Below are positions 1 to 14,445 of a stretch of 64,000 bases of DNA, in pieces. The stretch is from Octopus vulgaris (taxonomy: Eukaryota): assembly GCA_951406725.2 (NCBI GenBank), contig OX597816.1, positions 146,320,001-146,384,000 of the forward strand, read 5' to 3'. The translations under genes and the position numbers were made by a program. The stretch's first letter is position 1. Each line of letters opens with the position of its first letter. Under the pieces are notes generated by a model, which did no database searches, was not told the DNA's origin, and saw only the letters and a program-made list of their open reading frames with translations.

Positions 1-36
1 TGACATTTCATAAAGACACCATGAAGCTGAACGAGA

Positions 37-54
37 TACACACGCACAAACACA

Positions 55-126
<72 letters not shown>

Positions 127-165
127 TACACACACACACACACATACACATAAACATACACACAG
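37..165. repeat. (CA)n microsatellite
   Basis: Direct CA run with few interruptions. Confidence 0.95.
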
Positions 166-1083
166 ACAAGCCGCCTCCCACACACGTGTATGTATTATGT
201 AGAAATGCTTCAATATAAAAAAATACATACGTGCACACAGTTAAACACATATCTATTTATATGTATGTGTGAGTGTATATATACTTATAGATAGATAGAT
301 GTATATATATATGCATATTTACAAATATATATGCACATATATATATACATATATACATACATAATTATGTGTATATGTGTATATATATATATAAATGTGT
401 GTGTATATATAATTTATAATTTACAATTATATCGTATAATAATTGTTCATTTTATATCTAAAAACGTATCAGTACACAAACGCATCCGCAAGTATTCCGT
501 TAAAGTGTGCAATTGTGTGTGCTGTGTGTGTGTGTGTCAGCCTGTGTGCGAATCTTTACGTCTGTGAGTGCATTTATATGTGTCTGTCTCTATATGGCCA
601 GGTATCTGTCTGTGATTATATTTACTGCTTTAAACGTCTATTGTTGCCTCAAGATGTATAAATATAGCGATTTGATCATGGAGTTGGATACCGTAAGCAC
701 GGTTCCAATATAAGTGTTTGCTGTAGGGAGATAGGACGAAATATAAACACTTGGAGGTAGAGTACACACTAACTGGATTAATAACTGAAAAACACTGTTT
801 TGCGTTGGTGTGTATGTGTGCATGTGTAATATAATTCCATGTTATATAATATATGTGCGTGTGTGTGTATGTATTATATATATTGTATGTGTGTGCGCCT
901 GCGTATTCGCTCGTGTGTGCGTCTGTGTGTGTGTGCACGCACGTATGCGTTTGAGTGCTCGTGCTCGCATAGGTATGCATGGCTGTGCGTCCTGGTATCG
1001 AAACTTATTAAATGTTACGAAATAGCATGTTACGAGGATTGTTGGAAACCGGTATTTCAAAGAATTTTATCGAAATCCACCCA

Positions 1084-1148
<65 letters not shown>

Positions 1149-1149
1149 G

Positions 1150-1215
<66 letters not shown>

Positions 1216-1349
1216 CATCTATCTAACTAATTTTCGATCTATCTACCTATCAATCAATCTATCCATCTATCAACCTATCTATCTATCAACCTATCTCTCT
1301 ATCTACCCATCTATCTAATTAATTATCTATATATCTATCTATGTATGTG

Positions 1350-1436
<87 letters not shown>

Positions 1437-1440
1437 GTCT
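1084..1440. repeat. (ATCT)n tetranucleotide microsatellite, two blocks
   Basis: ATCT arrays at 1084-1220 and 1350-1440. The same motif recurs at 4097-4155 (as GATA), 9590-9675, 31008-31110 and 45850-45925. Confidence 0.95.
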
Positions 1441-2355
1441 GTCTATATACCTACCTATCTATCTGTATGTCTATCTGTGTGTCTGTCTATCCTGCTAATT
1501 ATTTTATTATCTATATGTTCATTTATCTATATCTCTATCTGTTTGCATGATCTGTCTATCTATCTATGTATTTATCTATATTTAGGAATATATATATGAG
1601 TGTGTGTAAATATATATATATATATGTATATATGCACACTCATACATATATACATACCTATATACATATCTATACGTATACATACATACGAACGCACATA
1701 TATTCTAGTATATGCAGTTATTCTTTAGCCCCAAGTAAGACTTAAGCAAGCGATGGAGCAAATGCATGATTAAAGATACCCAACGATGACCAAAACATGT
1801 TTGTATAAGACGTTTCATATACTTTCATATCTTTATTATTTTCTTCGACTTTTCTTTACTCTCCTCATTTTTCCTTTTCACGCAGGTGAATAGCATTTCA
1901 GGGTAATTCGCTTTTTTTTTTTTTTCTAGAAGGACGCTGACATGAAAGTGAAGATGCTACGCCGGCTCATATATACATGCACGCGCTAAGAGAACAACAC
2001 ACCAGTGCATATATATATGTTTGTATATAAATATATATACTCACGTGTGTATATAAATATAAATGTATATATATATATATGCATATATATATATATACAT
2101 TTATATTTATATATATATAGATATATGTATATATATAAATATATATACATATATCTATATATAAACACACATGCATGCACAAAGGATTATACTTATAGTA
2201 AAATATAGTTGGAATTTACAAAAACGAAGTGTACGTGATTAATGCATTGTATGCGTGTACGTGAGGTGTTTCGATTCGTCTATAGATTGATAGAATACAC
2301 ATATATACAGAGATATATGTTTGTGGGTATATACATATATACATATATATATATT

Positions 2356-2401
<46 letters not shown>

Positions 2402-2424
2402 CACACACCCACACACACACACAC

Positions 2425-2473
<49 letters not shown>

Positions 2474-2966
2474 TTTCCAAAAAGATTACTCACGAAAGAA
2501 AGTGTGAGAGAGAGAGAGAGAGAAAATTTGGTGAGCGAGTGAGAGAGAGAAGAACATTCGTACGCAGTGGGAAATATCCAAAGATTGAGAGATCAACGGA
2601 GTGAGAGATAGATGAAGGAAGATAGTGATTTTGGAAAAGCATGAGTGTTTGTTCGATTACAGTGGAATGTATACAAAACACGACGGACCGGTAAACTGTA
2701 CAGATGCTGAAGACAAAGTCAAACTTATTGCGATCTCCATATCAGCTTTTCACGAACTATAATATTTCTTACGACGTTTGACATTACCGTTTCTATTACT
2801 CTGATCTTACATTCCTTCCAGAAACAGAACAGAATATGATATCGTTTCTCGTATTATGTTCTATGTGTGCATATATGATTACATCCATATATGTAAGTAT
2901 GGTTTTATGTATGCGTATCAGTATGATCGTATGTAAATTTTTTCATATATATACATACAAATATAC

Positions 2967-3001
<35 letters not shown>

Positions 3002-3192
3002 CATACACACACACATATATATTTATAGACATATATATATATATATATATATCTATATATATATATATATGTATATATATATTTCTGTATATGTGTGTGC
3101 TATATTTGTCTATTCATAAACAAATATATTTGTAATATTTTTTCCTCTCACCATGTATATATTTATATAGCGAGAGAGAAATATGGAGACAG

Positions 3193-3224
<32 letters not shown>

Positions 3225-4039
3225 CCGCATCTGTAAATGTATGCATATATACATGCACACATACATATATATATATATATATATACACATACATATGTAT
3301 ATATATAGTATATACATATACATATATGTATGTATATATAAACAAATAGATATAAACATATATACATATTTATATATACATATACAAATAAATATATTCA
3401 TATTTAAATATATATGTGTCTTTGTGTCTGTGTGCTTGTGTTTATATATGTTTGTGTGTGTGTGTTTATATATATATATTTTTTTTTTATATATATATAT
3501 ATATATATGCATTCTAAATCGTATGTACATACAACTTTCTTCTTTCATCCATCTATCCATTCACTCTCTGTCCCCCTGTTTAAATGTGTATCACTACTTT
3601 ATTTATAAATCTATCTATCTGCTTTACAGAATATATCTGTCTACTGTTGAATATATCTTGATAACTAACGATCTATTTTACAACCTGCCATTCTATATAT
3701 CTATCAATATTGCCAGATAGGTAAATAGTGAATCACCTAGCTTACAATCTGACAGTGTATTAGATTTTCTATTACAAATTTTGCATGTGTCTCCACTCAT
3801 TTCAGTATATACACATCGTTATATACCTGTTTATCAATCACGATAACGTTTCATTGCTTGTTTGTATTTTTTTTTTACTTTTTCACTTGTGTGATTGGGT
3901 GTGTGTAAGAGTGTGCATATAAATACATATGAATACATATAAATATATATGTTCATTTTTTATAAGTCAATAATATTAATAGTACCAGTAACAATAGCAC
4001 TAATAATTATATATGGTATATTTGTTACCGTATCATATA

Positions 4040-4157
<118 letters not shown>

Positions 4158-4278
4158 CATAGATATATACGCACACTCAGAGGCAAACACGTACAGATGC
4201 ACATACGCAAACACGCACTCAAACACGAACACACGCTCACATGCATATGTGCATGTATGTATATGTATACATACATAC

Positions 4279-4309
<31 letters not shown>

Positions 4310-4691
4310 CATATATATATGCATATATATAAAGATACATATATATAATTGCATATCTATCTAACTGTTTATCTATCTATCTATCTTTTTGTATACATAC
4401 TTACATATATAAATATGTGTATGTGTGAGTGTGTGTATATATATATACACATATATAAATGCACAGAGACACATATATAAATGCACACGCGCACACACAT
4501 ACACAGCTATTGTAGAAGAGACAACCAATCATAAACGTCAAATGCGATATTTTTTTTTTCCGAATGGGATTGTGGTGTTTATTGTTCAGTCCAAAATCAA
4601 ATTGAATATCGCATGTTTCTACAATTTTTGTCATCCGTAACCATAATACGTGATCGAACAACTAGACAGGGACGAGCACAAACGCACGCAA

Positions 4692-4760
<69 letters not shown>

Positions 4761-4928
4761 TACACACACACACACACACACACACGAACTCACACACACA
4801 CATATATATATATATTATATAGATATGTGTATATATGTACATATATACAGAGATACATATATACATACATATATACACTGAAACACAAGCACGCATATAT
4901 ATATATATGTATACATAGATAAAGCAAA

Positions 4929-5090
4929 AGCGCATTCCTGTACGGTAACAAGCTTGCTTCCCAGCCACATACTTCTGGCTTTAGTTCCAGTGCCGGGCAC
5001 GTTTGGGAAGAGTACTATTCCACGGGCCCCTAAGAGCCTGTCGAGTGGTTTTGGTTGACAGAAACTGAAAGAATCCAGTCGTCGTATATT

Positions 5091-5155
<65 letters not shown>

Positions 5156-5172
5156 ATGTGTATGTGTGTGTA

Positions 5173-5225
<53 letters not shown>

Positions 5226-5530
5226 CTGCATATATGTATGTATTTAGATGTGCATATACGTATATATATGTATACACACACACAAACACACACACTTACG
5301 TATTTAATTTTGAAATTTTTAATTTGTTTTTTGGTCGCGTTTGTCCCCATCACTAACTGCTTGACAACCGGTGTTGGTGTGCTTACATCACCGTATCTCA
5401 CGGTTCGGCAACAACTGCGGTAGAACAACGACCAGGCTTACAGATATAAGTATTTCTCGTCCGACAAAAAAACCCTCACAGCGGTGCACCAGCAGGGCCA
5501 CTGTCGAATGACTGAAACACGTAACAGATA
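4929..5530 (+). mobile_element. tRNA-derived SINE family A (internal TA/TG microsatellite), diverged full copy
   Basis: Head with GGTAACAAGCTTGCTT...AGTTCCAGTGC and GAAACTGAAAGAA, then an internal (TG)n, then a tail with TTGACAACCG...ATGACTGAAAC. Aligns by eye with the copies at 38767 and 56851. Confidence 0.85.
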
Positions 5531-5570
5531 TAGCATAAAGAAAATATGAAAATATATGTATCACACTCTG

Positions 5571-5624
<54 letters not shown>

Positions 5625-6035
5625 TGTTTGTGTGTGTGTGTGTGTGACTGTCTGTCTGTGTGTGTGTGTGTGAATATATATGTGCGTGTGTGTGTAAACC
5701 TACACATATCTACATATTTATATATTGTGTATGTATATGCATATACGTATATGTATTTATATAGTTAGCAACATCACATTATGGTATATATTCGAACAAA
5801 TCCACCCCGTTACGGTATTTTCTATATTTGGCACGTACTCTATCGGTTCTGTTTTACTGAACCGCTATGTTATGGAGTCGTGCACATGCCAAGGCCATTC
5901 TTTAAGCGTTGGTGGGTGACAAACACGTAAAAGAAAAAAAAAACACATGCACGGACACACTCACAGCACACACGCACGGACACATATACATGGGAGATGT
6001 ATATATGTAGGTATGAAGATATATACATATACATA

Positions 6036-6202
6036 CACGACAGGACACATTCAGTTTCCGTGTAATTAATCCACTCGCAAATCTTTTGTTTTCCAGACAC
6101 TAGATCAGAGTTCACTTCCCCAGAGTGACACGCAGTGGGACTGAACACGAAACTATTTTCTTGGGAAGCAATCACCGTACCACACATCCACACCCGTTCC
6201 TA
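6036..6202 (-). mobile_element. SINE family A, 5' half, degenerate
   Basis: Reverse-complement motifs TTCAGTTTCCG and CACGCAGTGGGACTGAAC. Confidence 0.7.
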
Positions 6203-6314
6203 CAACTCTTACTAAAAGTTTTCCCTACGAGGATTTGTCGTCGTTTTCAGTTCCTCGCCATCCATTCATTCATGTTTACATACAAATACAAACACACACT
6301 GATGTAAATGTTTA

Positions 6315-6913
<599 letters not shown>

Positions 6914-7002
6914 TACTTTTTATCTTAAATTTTTTTATTGTTTCAGCTTTAAAGCGTCGGTCATGCTGAGACACCACAGTTTTATACATGTGTGTGTGTG
7001 TG

Positions 7003-7255
7003 CTCTCTTACTTGTTTCAGTCATTTGACTGCAGTTGTGCTGGGGCGCAAGCTTAAAGGGATTTTAGTCGACGAAGTCGCCCCCAGGACTTATTCTTTTT
7101 AATCCTAGAACTTATTCTATCGAACCTTTTTGCCGAACCGCAGGGTTATGTGGATGTAAACATACTAATAGCAGTTGCCAAGTGATGGTGGTGGTGGTGG
7201 TGGTGGTGGTGGTAGCGTTGGTGATGGTGGGGAAAATCTCAGACACAAAGACACA
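7003..7255 (-). mobile_element. SINE family A, 3' half
   Basis: CTTGTTTCAGTCATTTGACTGC and TTTTGCCGAACCG are the reverse complement of the family tail. Confidence 0.8.
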
Positions 7256-7299
7256 TGCACATAGATATATACAATATCTGTACATCTACTATATCTCTC

Positions 7300-7666
7300 T
7301 TTTATCTTGTCTCTTTCCAAAGAAAATATTTCTCCAGCGTTCGATATTTTACCTGCTTTCTGCTCTAAAGACCGTCCAAACTGGTTTTCCTTCGGTTTCC
7401 TTGTATGTCGCCACTGTCCTCTTTCTGTTCCCAACTCGCACCCTCCATAAATCCTGAATTTTATTTTGGTGTTTATGGGAGCAACTGTTTTCGAAGACTC
7501 ATATTGAGGCTGAATGCTCGAAATGAGGAGTAGTTAGACAGCCGAAAACCGATGAAGGGTCGTTCTTTGCGTTACTTTTCCTGTTTTCCATTTGCTTCTC
7601 TTGTTGTTTGCGTATTGAACTCTTTAGTTTTCTTATTTCATGTTGTTTACTGTTGGTGACGTCCTG

Positions 7667-7670
<4 letters not shown>
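7300..7670. mobile_element. Interspersed repeat, probably Penelope-like terminal region; second copy at 31690-32010
   Basis: Shares GAATGCTCGAAAT(G/A)AGGAG..AGACA.CCGA and GTTGGTGA(C/T)GTCCTGTA with 31690-32010, and both copies end in TA-rich sequence. The class assignment is inference. Confidence 0.55.
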
Positions 7671-7715
<45 letters not shown>

Positions 7716-7749
7716 ATATATACATACACACACATATATATATACACAT

Positions 7750-7784
<35 letters not shown>

Positions 7785-7797
7785 TATGTATATATGC

Positions 7798-7827
<30 letters not shown>

Positions 7828-7828
<1 letters not shown>

Positions 7829-7990
7829 TACGTCGTACTTCATTCAATTTCCGTCTACCAAATCCACTTACGAAGTTTACAGCGGCTCGAGACAACAGTA
7901 GAAGACATTTGTCCAAGGTGCCACACAGTGGGACTAAACCTGGAACCATGTGGCTGAGAAGCAAGCTTCTTGTCACACAACCTCGCTCTT
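7828..7990 (-). mobile_element. SINE family A, 5' half
   Basis: TTTCCGTCTACCAAATCCACT...CAAGGTGCCACACAGTGGGACTAAACC. Confidence 0.8.
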
Positions 7991-8119
7991 TATATGGCAA
8001 CATAACACACACACACAAATATATATATGTAACATTATGTGTGTTTATATATCTATATCCCTATATCCATCTATCTATCAATCTTTCCGTCTCCATCCCT
8101 CTCTCTCCCTCACCCTCCC

Positions 8120-8214
<95 letters not shown>

Positions 8215-8829
8215 GCATTGGGATAATGAAGAGGAAGTCATGATGGTAAATATCAAGACTGTACTGGTTCACTGTTGCTTCTTGCTATTTACGCAGTCAA
8301 TCTGAACATTTCATTCCATATTTCTGAACCAAGGGATTCCGTTTAAAATCCTACCAGATCTCCTGTGTTTAAAATGCTAGGGATGAACACGTTATCCAAG
8401 TGACAGTTTAACAGCGTATGTATATCATATATTTGCAGTTATATCCAGCAAATTCTTATTTCGTGTTTATGTCTGGGTACATACAGATATTTTATTGTAT
8501 GTTGCTGTACGTTTTAGCCCAATGCATAATAACCGGAGCTGCTTTATTCAACAATTGCGTGGGTTGAACCACAATAAAAAAAATGAAAAAATTTGCATGT
8601 GAAATAAAATCTGCTGAATAAGGCTTGCGCTTAAGTGATAGATTTAATGCCTTGGCTGGTTTAACGCCACCATACAGACTTAGCTTATTCAAGCGAAATT
8701 ATTTTATAAGCAGCGACAGGAATTGAGTGCTGGATCCTATTCTCCAACCGTTTCCAAAATGACGTACTCAAAACGAAACCTTCACAAAATCTGTACGTAA
8801 ACACATAAAAGCACACACACACACACATT

Positions 8830-8861
<32 letters not shown>

Positions 8862-8866
8862 TATCA

Positions 8867-9005
<139 letters not shown>

Positions 9006-9069
9006 TGTGTGTGTGTGTGTGCGTGTGTGTGTGTGTGTTTCGTTGTGAATGTGGCTGTATATATGATGG

Positions 9070-9240
9070 TGCATTGCCTAGTGACTGGAGTGATGCACTC
9101 ACGATCGCTAAGTCGTAGTTCCAATTCCTGCACCGCGTTTTGTTCTTGAGAAAAATATTTCATCACGGGTTGTCCTGCGATCACCTCGACACAATGTTCC
9201 TGTGCTGGCATCATCAATTTGATGAAAGGGGTATTCCATC
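9070..9240 (+). mobile_element. Degenerate tRNA-derived SINE
   Basis: A-box-like TGCCTAGTGACTGG and B-box-like GTTCCAATTCC, followed by TTGTTCTTGAGAAAAA. Confidence 0.5.
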
Positions 9241-9588
9241 AATATATACAGAAGCACACTATGAAATATGTCACAACACTAAGTAACAACTCTTAAAATT
9301 AAATCTGAGATCATTTCCACTGCTCAATTTTGATTGCTGACGTAAAGTGGGAAAATATACGAACTCAAGATATGTTATTACAGTTTCTACATACGTTCAA
9401 CACTAACAACTACTTCGAGTATATCTCTTTCATTGTGAGGGCAAGTTATAGTAGAGCTATTGGTCTTTGAAATGAAACATTTCAGAGAATGGTTACAGAA
9501 ACCGAGATAAGCTCTGTGGGAAATACAGTGTCAATTAGGTGAATTACAGATTTCGATAAAGTTTTCTAGTAAAGCATTTGAGATTACC

Positions 9589-9676
<88 letters not shown>

Positions 9677-9814
9677 TTTCTGTCCATCTTTCTATCTCAC
9701 TGCGTGAGTGTGAGCGTGTATGTGTGTATACACACACATATATCCATGTATACATACACACACACGCATATATATATATGTATATATATATGTGTGTGCG
9801 TGTGTGCACATATG

Positions 9815-9995
9815 TATATCCATGTATATACGGATATACATATATATATATATATATATATCCATGTATATACAGATATACATATATATATATATATATA
9901 TCCATGTATATACAGATATACATATATATATATATATATCCATGTATATACAGATATACATATATATACAGATATACATATATATATCCATGTAT
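9815..9995. repeat. Minisatellite, ~38-42 bp unit ATCCATGTATATACAGATATAC(AT)n, about 5 copies
   Basis: CCATGTATA recurs at about 9820, 9862, 9902, 9940 and 9988. Confidence 0.85.
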
Positions 9996-10375
9996 AGATG
10001 TATGAATTTAACGACCTACGTAACTTACAGTTTAGCTATTAATTCTCATTTTTGCTTCTCCCTTCTCACTCTTTCTCGCTTTCTCTTTCTCTATCTCTCT
10101 CTCTCTCTCTCTCGCTGTCTCTCTCTTGAATATCTACATACTCCTGTATGTATGCTTGTTTTTATATTATATCAAAGGTGACAATCGACTCAGCTTCAGC
10201 CTCATCCGGGTTGTTCACAAGTTTGTGTGATTACGGCTCAATATATTCATGTATATATGTGCAAACAGGCACCCAAAAGCACGCACAGACAGATATACAT
10301 ATGTATAATTAAATCTATTCATCTATCTATCTGTATGCATAAAAAGATATACATATATATGTATGTATGCATTTT

Positions 10376-10428
<53 letters not shown>

Positions 10429-10987
10429 GACAGATAGAGATAGTGAGAGAAAGAGATACATACATAGATACATGCATATATTCTTTAAGTATCTGTACAC
10501 TTCCACGTTCATACTCGTATAAGTATTCAACAATATAGTTCTTGCCTACTCTCCAAAGTTTGGAGCCATATTCCTCTTAGCTATTTCCAGTAGCTCCTCT
10601 TTTCCGTCTAAGCTCTCCTTTTTGCTCACCTAAGTTCTATGTCTTTAATACTGACGCGGAATGTATGTGAAATTAGAGAAGTGTCCAGTAATTTTGGCAG
10701 CTACACTTAGTCCTCTTTTAATCATTGTACAAAATATGCTTCTAAGTTTTTGCGACGTTATCACTTGAAGTTCTGGATAAGTTAGTGCAGGCACCTTTCT
10801 ATTTTTCATGTCTTTTTTTAAAAAAAAAAGCTTGCTTCAAAAAATATTTGCTTCTCTTGCACAGTTCAACCTCAATTCATGTATGACTTAAGGGTGGAAA
10901 CGTGTGTATTTGTATCTTTGTGTTTGCGCATGTATATACACATGCGTGTATGTGTGCGTTTTGTGTGTGTGTGTTTACACACATATT

Positions 10988-11142
10988 TACGACAGGTTTC
11001 ATTCACTTTCCTTCCACTAAGTTTTGATTTGTTAACAAGACTTTGGTTGGCCCCCCGGCACTATAACAGCCGAAAGTGGAATGCAGTGGACTTAACCAGA
11101 AGCCGTGTGGTTGGGAAGCAAGGTTCTTACCACACAACTGCT
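10988..11142 (-). mobile_element. SINE family A, 5' half, old
   Basis: ACAAGACTTTGGTTGGCCC...GTGGTTGGGAAGCAAG.TTCTTACCACAC. Confidence 0.65.
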
Positions 11143-12262
11143 CTTGACACACACACACACACATATATGTGTGTATATATATATGCGTATATGTGCCTGT
11201 GTCAGTGTGTGAACATGTATGCAAATTTGTGTATTATATTGATAATATATGTTGCTAGGTACAGGATGAGTTAATTACGTGTATATTCGAATTTACATGA
11301 AAATGAAAAGGTAAAAATAGTATGATTTAATGCTCCGTAATTGTTGACTGAGCAAGTGAAAGTACAATATCAATTGAACCAGCTCCCGGACAGTAGAAAT
11401 GCTACATTTAATTACACCTATTATCATAAGCGAACGGAGGAATGCGTTTGTATATGCTGCAGTGTTTCATTATATGTATATCGTAAAGCATATATACAAC
11501 TCCAGTATATCGAGACAAGCACAAGTATAGATTTCAACAATAAGAAAACAGCTGACTGCATGTGTAATCGGACACGATACAGACACCTCTGTATCAATTA
11601 CCAACAGCGCAGGTAAATTAATAATTGCTAAATTATTACAATTGCACACAACCACTACCACTACGGACACGACAAATAACATAATCACGCTTGCTAGTTC
11701 TACCTGCTTACCCATAAGAAACACTATCGCCAACCCTTTCGGCACCAACACCAACAATATAACATACACAACCACTATACTTTCAGAGTACGTTGAAATG
11801 ACTGGCTAATATCCAACCAACAAAGTATAGTTTAATATTTCCAACTACCTGCTAAAATTAGCAGTTAAATATACCTCAAACAGCTGCAAACATTTTAAAA
11901 GAATACAAACGAAATGGAGGAATATAGTTGTATATATATATTATAAAAGAAAACGAAAGTTTACTCCTGTTAGTAATCGTTTATTCACAGACTTAGTTTA
12001 ACGGGACTGATTTTAGAATAAACAAAACCCCAACTACAGGAACAGACACATTCACATATACAAATCTAAATGAATTAAGACGTTGGCTAGCAGGCAGAAT
12101 TTTGGGAGCCCCTGTCACATTCTTCTAAAAGTATTAATAAGTATGTACCCTACAAAGAAGTATTGAATAATTCATGTGTTTAACTTTATAGTGTTATTAT
12201 TGAATGATAACTTGACATAAACGCCGGTGTTACTATATGTATGCATATACATACATATATAC

Positions 12263-12318
<56 letters not shown>

Positions 12319-12430
12319 CTTTGTGTAAATGTATATATATGTGTATATAAATACATACACACATATACATACATATATATTTTATATATATTTATTTATC
12401 TATATATCTATTCTCTCTCTCTCTCTCTCT

Positions 12431-12479
<49 letters not shown>

Positions 12480-12805
12480 TTGTATCGTGGGTCAGTTTTG
12501 AAAAGTTACTAATCAGTCAAAGAAATCAAATTCATATCGTATTTTTAAGATGACTCAATACATATTTACTTTCCTGGCTCTAATGAATGGTAGTAATGTT
12601 GTACATTTTTTTAACGAAAGAAAAATGGTAAGATGAAAAAAAAAACAAAAAACAATCCAAGCATTCAAAAGTATATATGTATATGCTAATTATGCAGCAA
12701 GCATTGTGACTAAATAACACATACGAAATTGTAGACAATAACGTGTCTCTATATAACAATATAATGCAGGGTAATAATGTGATTAAATGCGATCATATTT
12801 CTAAA

Positions 12806-12865
<60 letters not shown>

Positions 12866-13069
12866 GTGTTTATTTTTTAGTGGACTAGTGTATTAAGCTC
12901 ACAAAGTTGTCATCATACCTGTGCCTGTGTACGTGTGTTTGCATGTGTCCACCGGTCTCCCTGTGTGTGTACACTGCCTGCTTTATGAAAGTGATATATA
13001 TAAATATTTATATGTAGAGCCGCACACGCTCACACAGAAACGTACACACACACACACACACAGAAACGT

Positions 13070-13107
<38 letters not shown>

Positions 13108-14139
13108 CTGTATGTGTTACATTCACGTAGACACGTATTTACCAGTATGTTTTGTAAGGCGGAAAACGATATACATGTACGCATGTGTGTGTCTGTAAAT
13201 GTGAATATATATATATGAATATATGTATTATTATATATATTATATATATTATACATATTACATATTCGTAGGTAAATGCTTATATTTAATGTTTACGTAT
13301 ATGTGTGTGTTTGTGCATGTGTACGTGTGTTCGTATGCGTATGTGTTTGTGTGAGTGTAAATATATTAAATATGTATTTGTGTTAGCTTGCGACTCTGTG
13401 TGTGCGCGTGCGTGCCTGTGTGTATGCGTATGTGTATGTGTTTGTGTATTTGTGTATGTGTATGTGTGTTTGTTTGTGTATTTGTGTGTGTGTGTGTATG
13501 TGTGTGTGTGTGTGCGTGTGTGTGTTAAGAAATAGCGGAAGTTCTTGGAACACCCAGCAGGCATGGGATATCAGCTAGAACTGCTTGTCTATGTTGTGTC
13601 ACCGGCATACATGCCTGCTTGCGTTTTGCCTGACTCTCGCCTTCATATAGTCTACTTACCGTGTTGGATGGACGCTCATTATAACTTTTCAAAACAGATA
13701 CTAGCTTCAACACGCAGGACAATTTTCTAAAGCTTCACGAATATAGCAGTAATACAGAGTGCCAAACCAGGGAGTAAAAATATTATACATATATATATAT
13801 ATATAAATACATTACTTTCACACCCGTATGTACGATATATAGATAAATATATTTTTATAAATTATATTTATTTATATACCTGGCAGTGAGAAAGAACCTG
13901 AGTGATAACTAACAAACGTAAAGTAAGTTGTTTTTGTTTTTTTTTTTGTATACCTAAGTTTGATGTTGATTGTTACGTACATATATAGTTTTCCTTCAAG
14001 CATTTACGAAATAGAAAATCTCCAGTCCATTGGCTTTGTATTGAATTGATTTGTTATCTGAGTTCTTGTGTGAAGTTTGTTTGTAATTATTATACTTTAG
14101 CGGTACTTCTTCACGTTTATTCCTCAACAGCATTTAGGT

Positions 14140-14445
14140 TAGAAACGGCTCCAGTCCTTCAAGCACTACTATAACGGTATTTGCCTCGGAGCGAATTCTG
14201 CTCGTGCCACCTTCCAGTAGACACTGCTCTCGCTCGTCTCCCTTCCTACTATCTTCCGCGTGTCCACCCCATACCCTAATCTAATTGCTACACCCATTCT
14301 TTCCTCCTCGGACATTTCAGAATTCCCACCCTGTTCAGTTCTCTTCCACAAGTGTTCATTTACAAAATTTCAAAAAGAATATGAATATCATTGGGAAGTA
14401 AACTGGTGTAGTATGCCCCCTAAGGGCTGTGAGCCTTACCCTATC
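14140..14445 (+). mobile_element. CR1-group LINE 3' end relic
   Basis: Translates to HYYNGIC...HSFLLGHF/PRT-like...LQNFKKN, resembling the YRYYNG..SFFPRT..LQxFK C-terminus of CR1-group ORF2, followed by a GTGTAGTATGCCCC 3' UTR-like stretch. Confidence 0.55.
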
